Assembly (NCBI GenBank): GCA_035650735.1
Contig: DASRGZ010000167.1
Coordinates: 1 to 55,684 of the forward strand
Reading direction: 5' to 3'
Source: Chthonomonadaceae bacterium
GTDB taxonomy: Bacteria > Armatimonadota > Chthonomonadetes > Chthonomonadales > Chthonomonadaceae
Length of the DNA: 55,684 nt
Shown: in pieces, positions 1 to 15,347 of the stretch
Layout: the number at the start of each line of letters is the position of its first letter
Numbering within the stretch: the first letter of the stretch is position 1
The notes under the pieces: generated by a model
The model's input: the letters and a program-made list of their open reading frames with translations, nothing else
The model's database searches: none
What the model was told of the DNA's origin: nothing
Program-made: the position numbers and the translations under genes

Positions 1-282
1 CAAATGGGGCCGGGCCGTCAGGGCGTGGGCGACCTCTACCGCGCATCGCACCGGCGCACTGGGATCGCGGGAAAAGACCAGCGCCATGCCATCGCCCGTG
101 TCCCGAATGATCAACTCGCTGCGCCGCTCGGCGCGCTGAAACTCCGGGGTGCTGCGGACGAGGTCTCGCAGTTCCCCGACCAGTAGGGCCTGCTTCTCGA
201 TAGAAAGGCGCGAATAGCCTACCAGGTCCATGAACAGGACATGGGCGATTTCGGTCGGCATTCGGCTCGGATCATCGGTCAT
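1..282 (-). CDS. Class III adenylate/guanylate cyclase domain protein (5' part; runs off the window start)
   Basis: Not in the ORF track. Manual translation from ATG at 282 gives MTDDPSRMPTEIAHVLFMDLVGYSRLSIEKQ...LIIRDTGDGMALVFSRDP, with both metal-binding Asp motifs (FxDxxGYS, GDG). Confidence 0.85.
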   Translation of the reverse strand, partial: MTDDPSRMPTEIAHVLFMDLVGYSRLSIEKQALLVGELRDLVRSTPEFQRAERRSELIIRDTGDGMALVFSRDPSAPVRCAVEVAHALTARPHL

Positions 283-370
283 AGGGTTGCTCCCGATGTG
301 GTATTGTTGTTAGCGCCTCCTTACTTCGTTAAAACACGCGCGTGTTCCTGCCGGGAGCCACAAGAACGAT

Positions 371-1165
371 TCATTTTCGCCTCTGGCCGGCACTGTATCG
401 CCAGACACGATCCTCGGATAAATCCCAGCAACATAACCGGCCAGACGCCCCTTCCACGGCCAGCGCGGCGGCATACCCATCGCCGACGCAGAGGTCTTGC
501 AGATACCAGCGCGCGGCCTCCTCTGCGCGGCCTTCCACAGCGAGAAGCTGCGCCGGAGCGTCGGCAGCGGCGGAGACCTCAAAGCGATCCAGAGGCAGGG
601 AGAGTCCCTCGCCACACGCCTTTATGTAAGCCTCCTTGCGCGTCCAGCAGGCAAAGAAGGCCGCGCGCCGCGCTTGCCGGGGCAGGGCGCGCAGCGCGGC
701 AACCTCGCCAGGAGCAAAGAAGCGCGCCGCGATCTCCTCGCAGTTTACCTCCGGGCGGATGCGCTCCACATCCACGCCGACACGCCGCGCTCGCGTTACA
801 GCGATCAGCGCCAGCCCGTGCGTGTGGGCGACGTTAAAGGCGAGCGTATCGCCGCCGCAGGCCGGGGTGAGCGCCGGCTTGCCCCAGCGTCCATAGCAAA
901 ATACCAGGTGGCGCGCTGCGATCCCGGTGTAGTCGCTCAACAGGGTTCGCAGCGCGCCACGGCAGAAGATAAAACGCAGACGGTCGCGGTCGAAGCAGTA
1001 AGCGGCGGCCCGGGCGCGCTCGTCGGCAGAGAGGATTGCCTCCAGCGTTGCCGCGAACGTTTCCACAGAGGCGGGAGAGGCGTCCGGCCAGACCCGCCAT
1101 ACGTGGATTTCCCCATCGCGCAGCGTTGGCTGCGCCGGCGGCAAGCCCCAGACATGCGCCGCCAT
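371..1165 (-). CDS. sfp: Sfp-type 4'-phosphopantetheinyl transferase
   Basis: Motifs GKP, FNVAHT, VGVDVE and FFACWTRKEAYIKACGEGL; last gene of the PKS operon. Confidence 0.93.
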   Translation of the reverse strand: MAAHVWGLPPAQPTLRDGEIHVWRVWPDASPASVETFAATLEAILSADERARAAAYCFDRDRLRFIFCRGALRTLLSDYTGIAARHLVFCYGRWGKPALTPACGGDTLAFNVAHTHGLALIAVTRARRVGVDVERIRPEVNCEEIAARFFAPGEVAALRALPRQARRAAFFACWTRKEAYIKACGEGLSLPLDRFEVSAAADAPAQLLAVEGRAEEAARWYLQDLCVGDGYAAALAVEGASGRLCCWDLSEDRVWRYSAGQRRK

Positions 1166-1169
1166 CCCG

Positions 1170-3919
1170 TCAGGCGCCCTTTCGGATCGCGGCGATTCGC
1201 TCCCAGTCCTCTTTGCCGACGGAACGCCCGGAGGTTTGCAGCGGCGCCAGCCGGAAGCCGTGCTTGCGCGCCAGCCTCTGAATATCCAGAATATAGCGCT
1301 TGTCCAACTCGCCGCCGATGGTGCCGTGCACGAAGCGGTGGTCCAGGGCCATCAGCATCGTCTCAGCCATGCAGGCGTAGGTCTGCCCCGGCGCTAGGCC
1401 GTACTCGATTCCCAGGTCTTGCCGTCCGGGGAGCTCGACCAGGCCCGCATCCAGCGCCAGCACATCGGGCCGGGCCGCGCGCACCGCCGCGCTGACGTTG
1501 GAGGGACGGGAGATCTCGCAGATGACCGCGCCGGGCCGCAAGTTCTCGGCGGTCAGCAGGCTGTGCGGGCTGGAAGTGGCCGTCACGATCAAATCTACCT
1601 CCGGCAGATGATGGTTGGCCTCTATGGTCAGGATCAGGCGCCCCCCGTGCCGCAGCGCCTCCAGGCAGCGCGCCATCCCGCGCGGCTCGGCGCAGCGCGC
1701 CAGCAGCCCCTCGCGGATCAGAAAATCCGCCAGGCTATCGTCCGGGTATTCCTGGCCCCAGTGATACCCGGACGCCAGGTGCAGGACGATCTCCTCGGCG
1801 ACCTTTTGCAGCCGTTCCAGGCTGCGCTCAGGCTGCCTCGGATTGCCCACCAGCAGCAGATGGCCCACCTGCTCGCCCAGCAGAAGGGCGGTCGCCCGTC
1901 CGATGGAGCCTGCTGCCCCAACGACCGCCAGGCGCATCTGCGTCATGGACTGGTTCAGGTTCCGCGCCACCGCCTCCACCGTCTCCAGGGCGCTGACGAC
2001 CGTGTAGCTGTTGCCGGTAGTCAGCGGCACGCCCAGGTCTTGAAGGTAGAGGCCGTTTTTGGTGACGATGGAGGTATAGCCGCCCAGGCCCACGATCTGC
2101 GCGCCGCGCTCCCGCGCGAACAGGACCGCCTTGCGCACCTTCTCCACGGCCTCCTCGCTGCTCAGGTTCATCAGATCCTCCGCCGTGCGGGAAACGGCGA
2201 ATAGCTCGCCATAGGCCGATACTCCGGTCGCCGAATGCAGGCGAGACGAGCCGACGAGCAGGGTCTCCTCCAGGTCGTTAAGCTGGCAGTTGTTGAACCG
2301 CTCCATCAGCGCTTCCAGCTCGGCCTGGGAGAAAGCCGCCAGCCCCGCGTCCATGTCCACGTAGCTTTGCAGATCCAGCGGGTGTGCGATGAAGCCCCAG
2401 CGGGCCTCGCGCGGGTCGGAGGAGGGACGGGCGACGGCGCGCTTTGCCGGCGGCTCTATCGCTGGCGGCGCCTGATGTCCGACGAGATGGCCGAAGAGGT
2501 GGGCCGTGTTGCAGGCCGCCAACTCGGTCAGGCCGCGCTCCAGGGCTGCCAGGAAGTGATCGCACATCTCTGCCGTCGCCACCAGCGGCGGCTCAATACG
2601 CAGCACGCGCGCCCCGAAGAGCGTGGGCGCCAGCCGTATGCCCTCCACGTTGAGCAGGTAGCTGCACAGTCCGAGCGCCAGGCTCTCCTGCACGGCCATC
2701 GCCGACATCAGGCATTGCCGCCCGAAGTCGCCATGATCGTGGGTCAGCTCCAGGCCCAGCAGGTAGCCGCGCCCCCGCACGGACATGATCACCTGCGGGA
2801 ACTTGCGCTGCAGCGCCTCCAGCCCGGCGCGCAGAGCGCGCCCGTTCTGCTCCACCTGCCGCACCAGCTCCCGGTCGTTGCGGGTGATCAGGTCCAGGCT
2901 GCGCAGGCCGACCCGGCAGCAGAGGGTGTTGTTGGCAAAGGTGGAGGTATGCTTCATCGCAAACTCCTCCGTGTAGCACTCCGCCGTGCAGAGCACGGCC
3001 CCGATGGGTACCAGCCCGCCGCCAAGCGCCTTCGCCAGCGTCAGAATGTCCGGGCTGACCTCCTCGGCGTCGCAGGCAAAGAGTGTCCCGGTCCGTCCCA
3101 GCCCCGTCTGGACTTCATCCAGGATGAGCAGCACGCCGTAGCGGGAGCAGAGCTCGCGCGCCCCGCGCAGATAGCCCTGCGGCGGCACAACGATCCCGCC
3201 TTCGCCCTGGATCGGCTCCACGAGGAAGGCCGCGATCTCGTCGGAATAGGCGGCAAGCGTCTCCTCCAGGGCGCGCAGGTCGCCGTAAGGGATGCGCCGG
3301 AAATGGGCCACCGGCGCGCCGAAGGCTTTCTGGTAGAGTTCGCGGCCCGTGGCGGAGAGCGCGCCCAGGGTCTTGCCGTGGAAGCTCCGCTCGGTCGAAA
3401 GGATGCCCAGGCACCCCGTGGCGGCGCGCGCCAGCTTGATAGCCGCCTCCACAGATTCCGCGCCGCTGTTGGTGAAGGTCACGTAGCGCAGGCCAGCCGG
3501 CGCGACCTCGATAAGCCTGCGCGCCAATTCGCCCGCCGCCTCCAGCGCCGAGGGCTGAATGAAGCTCGGCTCCAGCGCCGTAAAGACCTCCATCGCCGTC
3601 TGGCAGATCTCCGGGTGGTTAAATCCGAAGGGCAGGGCGCCGTAGGCCGCAGTGAAATCCAGGTAGCGATTGCCTCGCTCATCGGTGAGCCAGCAGCCTT
3701 CGCCGCGCACATAGCGCTTGTCCATGTTCACCTGGCGCAGCAGCGCGCCGACATAGGGATTGACGTAGCCCTCGTAGGGATGCACCGCCTCTATCGCCAG
3801 CGCCTCCGGTGCTGCGCTCGGCGCGAACGCCGTCGAGACCACGGCGCTGCCCTGTAAAAGCTGCGCCAGCAGCGCCCTCTTGTCCTGGGCGGAGAGTTCC
3901 AACACATCGGTATCGAACA

Positions 3920-3920
<1 letters not shown>
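1170..3920 (-). CDS. Fusion of a class III PLP aminotransferase (N-term) and an acyl-ACP reductase-like thioester reductase (C-term); TamH-like architecture
   Basis: TA motifs NSGAESVEAAIK, SFHGKT, EPIQGEGG, DEVQTGLGRTG, AKALGGG. Reductase motifs FIAHPL, GLGGYTSIV, TTGNSYT, VGAAGSIG and YACMAE (catalytic-Cys motif of AAR). Start overlaps the PKS stop (TAATG at 3918-3922). Confidence 0.85.
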
Positions 3921-9208
<5,288 letters not shown>

Positions 9209-9483
9209 TGCGGACAATCCCCTGCCCAGGCAGACACGCGCCCAAAGGCGAAAACGTCGTTTTAAACCGGCCCGGAGGAACCGGGCCTGCCCAGTCTAGC
9301 AAGACGTGATTACAGCATCATTACCGGGCCATTACAGGCGCGTGCCCTGGCAGATTTCCCCTTCGTGCAGATAGCGTGCCAGAAATTTACAGGATTTGCC
9401 GTATTGCCAGGCGCGAGGGTAGATTTCAGGCGCGGTAGGACGCGAATTGAGATGGGTAAAGCTGAGGTTCCTTCCGGATTCTG

Positions 9484-9667
9484 CCCTCACCCCCAGCCCA
9501 CTGCCAGGGTCGGGCCTGCAATGGACTGCCAGGGTCGGCAGGGTTACGGCCCCTGCCTCCGCCTTGCCACAGCCCTCCGCCTAGCGCCCCCCGGCGCTGC
9601 GGCAGAGGGGAGAAGAGAAGCTGGGTCCCTCCCTTCCCCACAAGGGAAGGGGGCCGGGGGGTTAGGT
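9484..9667. repeat. Composite REP-like intergenic element
   Basis: 9616-9667 is nearly identical to 42397-42448. 9497-9524 and 9572-9586 are reverse complements of parts of 44667-44713 and 42270-42310. Confidence 0.75.
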
Positions 9668-9992
9668 AAGTCGCCGCAGGGCGACTTGGTGCCCTGGTTG
9701 CCGCGAATGTATTCGCCCGCAACCGCAAATGGAAGCACCTTAGAATAAAGCAGGGAAATTTAAGGAACCATGCGGGGAAACCTGGCCCGCGCCCTTGCCT
9801 TTCCGTGGCGAACAGGGATGCATCCCACCGGGGACAGCGAACCCAATCTGGCGAGCGCAGCCAGGAGTAAAAGACGAGGCAGCAAGCAGCGCGGCTTACA
9901 ACCGACGAGGAGTATATAGTATAACGGTGGGGCAGCTAAGTGTCAATATATTGCTAACGATAAAACGTAAATAAAGTGATAATGACCTGGTA

Positions 9993-10090
9993 CCCTTGTT
10001 GCTGCGGTTTAAGGGCTTTGATTTTCTATTGGCATGGTTTGCTAGTCTCGGAATGACCTGATGAGAGTGGCCAAAATCGTAAGCCGCTCG
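9993..10090. repeat. Degenerate copy of the inverted-repeat element at 21514-21611
   Basis: Shared CCCTTGTTGCTGCGG start, CTTTGATTTTCTA middle and AGCCGC end over a similar length. Confidence 0.65.
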
Positions 10091-10142
10091 ATCCGGCATC
10101 TGAAAATCCTGTGCGGTTTCCCATTTAGAGCGCAACTAAGGG

Positions 10143-10172
10143 TTGACACCAAGCGTAGTAACGAAGTATAAT
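10143..10172 (+). promoter_or_regulatory. Sigma70-type promoter of the sulfur assimilation operon
   Basis: Exact TTGACA-N18-TATAAT about 60 nt upstream of the sat ATG. Confidence 0.75.
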
Positions 10173-10232
10173 TTCCCAAACCCGACTAAGTTGACTAACT
10201 TGGTAACCTTTACCGGAGGAGCGCCCGAAGTT

Positions 10233-11429
10233 ATGCCTGCAACGCCTGTCGCCCAGAAAGAGGCCGTTCCGCAGACCATTGCCCCGCATGGCGGCACGCT
10301 CATCAATCGCTTCGTTCCCGAAGCGCGCCGCGCCGAAGTCGCGGCCCGCGCCGCCACGCTGCCCAAGATCCCGCTGAATGCCCGCCAGATCAGCGACCTG
10401 GAGTTGATCGCCATCGGCGCTGCCAGCCCGCTGACCGGCTTTATGTCCCGCGACGACTACGAGAGCGTCGTCCATAAGATGCACCTGGCCAACGGCCTGC
10501 CCTGGACTATCCCCCTCACGCTCGCCGTTACCCAGGAGCAGGCGGAAACGCTCCGCCCCGGCTCCCAGGCCGCGCTGACGGATGAGGCCGGCACCGTCCT
10601 GGCCGTCCTGCACGTGCGCGACATCTATCCCTACGACAAGCAGGTGGAGGCGCAGAGCGTCTATCGCACCACCGAGGAGGCCCATCCCGGCGTGGCCGCC
10701 CTCTACGCCCAGCCGGATCTGCTGGTCGGCGGCGACGTGGACGTGCTGGCGCTGCCCCCCCACGAGGATTTCCCGGAGTACTACCTGACGCCCGCCCAGA
10801 CTCGCGCCTATTTCGCCGAGAAGGGCTGGCGCAGCGTGGTCGGCTTCCAGACCCGCAACCCTGTCCATCGCGCCCACGAATACCTGCAAAAGTGCGCCCT
10901 GGAGATGGTGGACGGCCTGCTGCTGCACCCGCTGGTCGGCCAGACCAAAGGCGACGACATTCCCGCCGACGTGCGTATGAAGTGCTACCGCGTGCTGCTG
11001 GATAACTACTATCCCCTGGATCGCACGCTGCTGTCGGTCAACCCGGCTTCCATGCGCTACGCCGGCCCGCGCGAGGCCATTTTCCACGCCCTGATCCGCA
11101 AGAACTACGGCTGCACCCACTTTATCGTCGGGCGCGACCACGCGGGCGTAGGCAACTACTACGGCACCTACGACGCGCAACAGATCTTTAACGAGTTTGA
11201 TCCGACAGCCCTCGGCATCACCCCGCTGAAGTTCGAGCACACCTTCTGGTGCAACAAGTGCGAGGGCATGGCCTCTTCCAAGACCTGCCCGCACGGCCCG
11301 GAGGATCGCGTTTCGCTCTCCGGGACGAAGGTGCGCGCTATGCTGGCGGCGGGCGAGATGCCGCCCATGGAGTTCACGCGCCCGGAAGTCGCCAAAGTGC
11401 TGATTGAGGCGATGCGCGCCAAATCCTGA
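10233..11429 (+). CDS. sat: Sulfate adenylyltransferase (ATP sulfurylase)
   Basis: Motifs [38 protein letters not shown] and [17 protein letters not shown] before ATG 10233. Confidence 0.96.
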   Translation: MPATPVAQKEAVPQTIAPHGGTLINRFVPEARRAEVAARAATLPKIPLNARQISDLELIAIGAASPLTGFMSRDDYESVVHKMHLANGLPWTIPLTLAVTQEQAETLRPGSQAALTDEAGTVLAVLHVRDIYPYDKQVEAQSVYRTTEEAHPGVAALYAQPDLLVGGDVDVLALPPHEDFPEYYLTPAQTRAYFAEKGWRSVVGFQTRNPVHRAHEYLQKCALEMVDGLLLHPLVGQTKGDDIPADVRMKCYRVLLDNYYPLDRTLLSVNPASMRYAGPREAIFHALIRKNYGCTHFIVGRDHAGVGNYYGTYDAQQIFNEFDPTALGITPLKFEHTFWCNKCEGMASSKTCPHGPEDRVSLSGTKVRAMLAAGEMPPMEFTRPEVAKVLIEAMRAKS

Positions 11430-11457
11430 TAATCCCGCCGCGAAGGAGCTGCCGGAC

Positions 11458-11766
11458 ATGGACCCCAGGTTGCTGGAGTGGATAGGAACCCTTGGCTTCT
11501 GGCTGATCGAAGCGTCCTATATCGCTCAGATCCTCAAGCTCTACCGCATGAAAGAGGCCGAGGAGTTCAACCTGCTATTCCCCGGTTTGAACCTGCTGGG
11601 CCGCATCCTGGCCGTTATTTACGCGATCTCGCAGGGGAAAGGCGTGTTTGTGTTCGGCTTCACACTGGGCATTGTGCTGCGTTGCGTGCTGCTGGGACAG
11701 GTGGCCCTGTATCGCTACCGACGTCGTGTCCGGTTGCGGCTGCAAGAGGAAGCGGTTTCTATTTAA
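11458..11766 (+). CDS. Small 3-TM membrane protein, PQ-loop/SemiSWEET-like
   Basis: 102 aa with three hydrophobic segments. YIAQILKLYRMKEAEEFN resembles the PQ-loop pattern (xPQxxKxxxxKxxxxxS). AAGGAG RBS. Confidence 0.6.
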   Translation: MDPRLLEWIGTLGFWLIEASYIAQILKLYRMKEAEEFNLLFPGLNLLGRILAVIYAISQGKGVFVFGFTLGIVLRCVLLGQVALYRYRRRVRLRLQEEAVSI

Positions 11767-11874
11767 GAGCCTCTCCCATTCGGCATATTGTTGAGAGGGA
11801 CAGCCCTCCCTCAGGGGAGGGGTTCTAAGCCGGGTCGTTTGACGATCCGTCCCCTTCTAAGGAGCAAACAAGAG

Positions 11875-13518
11875 ATGGCGAAAGCCGATGTAGAAGCGAT
11901 CAAAAAAGAAAAAGACGGCCTGGATGTGTGGCCCGATATCCTGCGCTATGCCAAGGAGGGCTATGACGCCATCACGCCCGACGACTTTGCGCGCATGCGC
12001 TGGTACGGCATCTATCAGCAGAAGCCGAACGTGGGCCACTTCATGATGCGCGTCAAGATCCCCAGCGGCGATATGAGCGCGGAGCAGATGCGTGTCGTGG
12101 CCGAGATCGCCCGCGACTACGCCAACGGGTTTGCCGACATCACCACCCGCCAGAACTTCCAGTACCACTGGCTGACCATCGAGAACATCCCGAAGGCGGT
12201 CGAGAAGCTGGCCTCGGTCGGCCTGACGACCACGGGCGCCTGCGGTGACATTACCCGCAACGTCTGCGGCTGCCCCGTCTCCGGCATTGACCCCGACGAG
12301 CTCTACGATACGCGCCCGATCATTCGTGAGGTGACCGACTACTTCCTGGGCAATAAGGACTTCTCCGACCTGCCGCGCAAATACAAGATCTCCATCTCCG
12401 GCTGCCCCATCCACTGCAACCAGCCCGAGATCAACGACCTGGGCATCACGGCGGTCAAGCGCTGGCGCAACGGCGAGGAGGAGCTCGGCTTTCACGTGCG
12501 CGTCGGCGGCGGGCTGAGCACCCAGCCGCACTTCGCCCAGCAACTGGATATGTTCGTCAAGCCGGAGCAGGTGCTGGATGTCTGCCGCGCCGTCACCGAG
12601 ATCTTCCGAGACGATGGCTACCGGCAGCGCCGAAACCACGCCCGCCTGAAGTTCCTGGTCGCCGACTGGGGCGCGGAGAAGTTCCGCGACGTGCTCATTC
12701 AGCATCTGGGCTGGACGCCGGAGCCCGCCACCGACTGGGCCGACCCACGCGGCGCTTTGCAGCAGGACCACCAGGGTATCCACCGCCAGAAGCAGGAAGG
12801 GCGCTACTGGATCGGCGTCTCTATCATCACCGGACGCATCACCGCCGACCAGATGTTTGCCGCTGCCGAGATAGCGGAGAAATACTGCGAAGGTAACCTG
12901 CGCACGACCAACCAGCAGAACTTCCTGTTCCCCAACATCGCTGAGGAGCGCCTGGAAGAGGCCAAGCAGGCCATCCTGGACGCCGGCTTCCGCTGGGATG
13001 TCTCCGAGTTCCACAAGGGCGCGGTCGGCTGCACCGGCAACGAGTTCTGCAACCTGGCCGTCACCGAGACCAAATACCGCCTGCGTGAGATCGTCGGCTA
13101 CCTGGAGCAGGAACTGCTCTGGGACGAGCCCATTCGCATCCATCTCAACGGCTGCCCCAACTCTTGCGGCCAGCATCATATCGGCGACATTGGCTTGCAG
13201 GGCTGCCTGGCCCGCCTCAACGACGGCACGCAGGTCGAAGCCTACGACATCTGCCTGGGAGGCCGGCTGGGCGCCGACGCCAAGTTCACCCGCCCCATTC
13301 AGCGCAAGGTGCCCGCCGACAAGGTTAAGTACGCCCTGGAGAACCTGCTGCGGGCCTACAAGGCCAACAAGGAGCTGGAGGAGACCTTCGGCCAGTTCGT
13401 GGACCGGCACACCAACGAGCAGTTGGGCGAGTTCCTGGGCATCCACCTGCTGGCCCAGGAGGATCCGACCTGGACGCCTCCGCCCATTCGCTCGCACGCT
13501 CCTGTCGGCGTCGAATAG
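11875..13518 (+). CDS. sir: Ferredoxin-dependent sulfite/nitrite reductase hemoprotein (siroheme, 4Fe-4S)
   Basis: Motifs ITTRQNFQ, DLPRKYKISISGC, CTGNEFCNLA and NGCPNSCGQH; operonic with sat, which favours sulfite as substrate. Confidence 0.88.
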   Translation: MAKADVEAIKKEKDGLDVWPDILRYAKEGYDAITPDDFARMRWYGIYQQKPNVGHFMMRVKIPSGDMSAEQMRVVAEIARDYANGFADITTRQNFQYHWLTIENIPKAVEKLASVGLTTTGACGDITRNVCGCPVSGIDPDELYDTRPIIREVTDYFLGNKDFSDLPRKYKISISGCPIHCNQPEINDLGITAVKRWRNGEEELGFHVRVGGGLSTQPHFAQQLDMFVKPEQVLDVCRAVTEIFRDDGYRQRRNHARLKFLVADWGAEKFRDVLIQHLGWTPEPATDWADPRGALQQDHQGIHRQKQEGRYWIGVSIITGRITADQMFAAAEIAEKYCEGNLRTTNQQNFLFPNIAEERLEEAKQAILDAGFRWDVSEFHKGAVGCTGNEFCNLAVTETKYRLREIVGYLEQELLWDEPIRIHLNGCPNSCGQHHIGDIGLQGCLARLNDGTQVEAYDICLGGRLGADAKFTRPIQRKVPADKVKYALENLLRAYKANKELEETFGQFVDRHTNEQLGEFLGIHLLAQEDPTWTPPPIRSHAPVGVE

Positions 13519-13541
13519 CCTATTCCTTCCTTCCCAAACCC

Positions 13542-13584
13542 AAAGCGGCGCTCCAGCTTAGATGCCGGAGCGCCGCTCTTTGTT
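13542..13584. terminator. Intrinsic terminator after sir (possibly bidirectional)
   Basis: AAAGCGGCGCTCC...GGAGCGCCGCTCTTTGTTT hairpin with T-rich tail between convergent genes. Confidence 0.7.
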
Positions 13585-13658
13585 TATAGAAACGAATAGC
13601 TGTAACATTTTTGCCGTGTTACACTTCGCGGTCAGGGAGAATGGCGAGGTGACGTAGA

Positions 13659-15347
13659 TTATCCCTGTCGCGCCGCCTTACCGGCGGTATCGGTGGGCCC
13701 CGTGAAGCCAGGTCCGCCTGCGGCCACATAGCCCCGGCTGGCTCCTTTCGGGTCGGGACTGACCCAGAAGGCATACAGACGCCCATTCGTAAGATGGAAT
13801 CGGAACCGCACCGGCCTGCCGGAAAAAGCGGACAGGTCCTTGACGCCCTTCCACTGGACGGCGTGCAAGGTGCTATCTGTCTGGATGGACTTACAGCGCG
13901 CTCGCGAGAAGGGAGCGATCACATGACCGTGGACATCCAGGATCTCGACCTGTAAGCGGCCCTGCGGAGCCTGCACGTTGACGAAGGGGTAACGGCCCGT
14001 AAAGGCGACTGGCCGCGTGGTCAGCGTGCCTTCGGTCGTGTCGGCGTCCAGGGAGGCGAAGCCGTCCCTGCGCAGGAACGCCAGCCCGGTTGTCGCCACC
14101 TCATCATGGCTGCCATCCGGCTTGTCCACGAAGGTGCGGCCACTACAGTAGAGATAGAGTTTATCTCCCACTACCAGGCAGCAGCCGCCTGCCGACTGCA
14201 CATTGCCCCAGTTCCAGGTGCCGCGCGTCTCGGAAACCGGCAACAACGGCTGCCTGCGTGTTTCGGCGGGACGGTCCCAATAGAAGCCATCCCGACTGAA
14301 GCCCACGCAGACCTGATTGGGCTTGGGACGTTCTTCAGGGCGCTGCCCGTACCATATCGAAAACAGGCCCAGCAGCAGGCTCTCATAGGCCACGCAGTCC
14401 AGATTATACAGTTGCGGGACGATCTGGAGGTCCGGGCGGGGCGGATCCAGCCGGTCTGCGCCCACCCACATGATCGGCTCATCAATGCGCTCCCAGCGCG
14501 GGTCGCCGGTCAGATCGCGCGTCTCGAAGTAGCGGCGGCGACGCGGCTGCCCCCAGCCATGCCGCAGGCTATAGACCCAGACTTTACGGAAGGGGTTCCA
14601 GAACAGCGTGCTGCGGTCGCCCACCGAGCCGGTCTTGACGACAGGCTCTCCCCAATGGATGCCATCCGGCGAGAAATAGCCGTACAGGCCCCAGCGCTCG
14701 CCCATCGGAGCGGAACGGAATAGCTTATAACGCTGCCTCGGATCGTGTGTCTCCAGATCTAGCCACACCGTAGCCGAGTCGCGTCGCTGGGGCAGCACAA
14801 TATTGGTTTCCGGCTGGACGTCGAGATCGAGTTTCTCCCAATGGAGGCCGTCATGCGAGGCGGCATAGCAGGTGGCCAGTCCGCTGCCGCCCATGTACCA
14901 CATCTTGAAGAGCTTGTCCTGCGGGTCGTACCAGACGCCATCGCTAAAGGGCATGGCCGTCGGATGATTTCCGGTCTGTTCCCAGGATCTATCGGGCGTG
15001 AGCACCGGGCAGCCCGCATAGTATTGGGCCGCGTGAAAGGTGCGCTTGAGGGTGGTCTGGGCAATCAGGAAGTCGTCCACAAAGAGTTGTCGGCCCACAT
15101 CAATGGGGATAACTTCCGGTGGAGAAGCCAGATACGGAGGCGACATCGGCTCGCGCGTGATCTCTGGCTGCGGGGGCGGCCAGGCAGTCGGCAGGCGAAT
15201 GCCGTTGTAGAGGGTTTCCCCCTGCGCCCGCGCCGAGTCGACCCTAGAGAGAAAAGAGCCTGCTCCCAGGATGCCCGTTGCGCTAGTCTTGAGGAAATCG
15301 CGACGGTTGAGGAGATGAAAGTTGCTGTCACCACAATCGCTCATCAT
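13659..15347 (-). CDS. Tat-exported beta-propeller glycoside hydrolase-like protein (GH32/GH43-like fold)
   Basis: Tat signal NRRDFLK, repeated Asp-box-like S.DG.HW motifs, GRQLFVDD, and LRRDGFAS C-terminal domain. Confidence 0.65.
   Translation of the reverse strand: MMSDCGDSNFHLLNRRDFLKTSATGILGAGSFLSRVDSARAQGETLYNGIRLPTAWPPPQPEITREPMSPPYLASPPEVIPIDVGRQLFVDDFLIAQTTLKRTFHAAQYYAGCPVLTPDRSWEQTGNHPTAMPFSDGVWYDPQDKLFKMWYMGGSGLATCYAASHDGLHWEKLDLDVQPETNIVLPQRRDSATVWLDLETHDPRQRYKLFRSAPMGERWGLYGYFSPDGIHWGEPVVKTGSVGDRSTLFWNPFRKVWVYSLRHGWGQPRRRRYFETRDLTGDPRWERIDEPIMWVGADRLDPPRPDLQIVPQLYNLDCVAYESLLLGLFSIWYGQRPEERPKPNQVCVGFSRDGFYWDRPAETRRQPLLPVSETRGTWNWGNVQSAGGCCLVVGDKLYLYCSGRTFVDKPDGSHDEVATTGLAFLRRDGFASLDADTTEGTLTTRPVAFTGRYPFVNVQAPQGRLQVEILDVHGHVIAPFSRARCKSIQTDSTLHAVQWKGVKDLSAFSGRPVRFRFHLTNGRLYAFWVSPDPKGASRGYVAAGGPGFTGPTDTAGKAARQG

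Noticed and set aside
11857..13497. Long antisense ORFs (e.g. 11857-13497, 2235-3857, 10125-11459, 27780-29393, 39955-41502)
   Set aside because: Shadow ORFs opposite well-supported genes, expected in high-GC DNA; no motifs.
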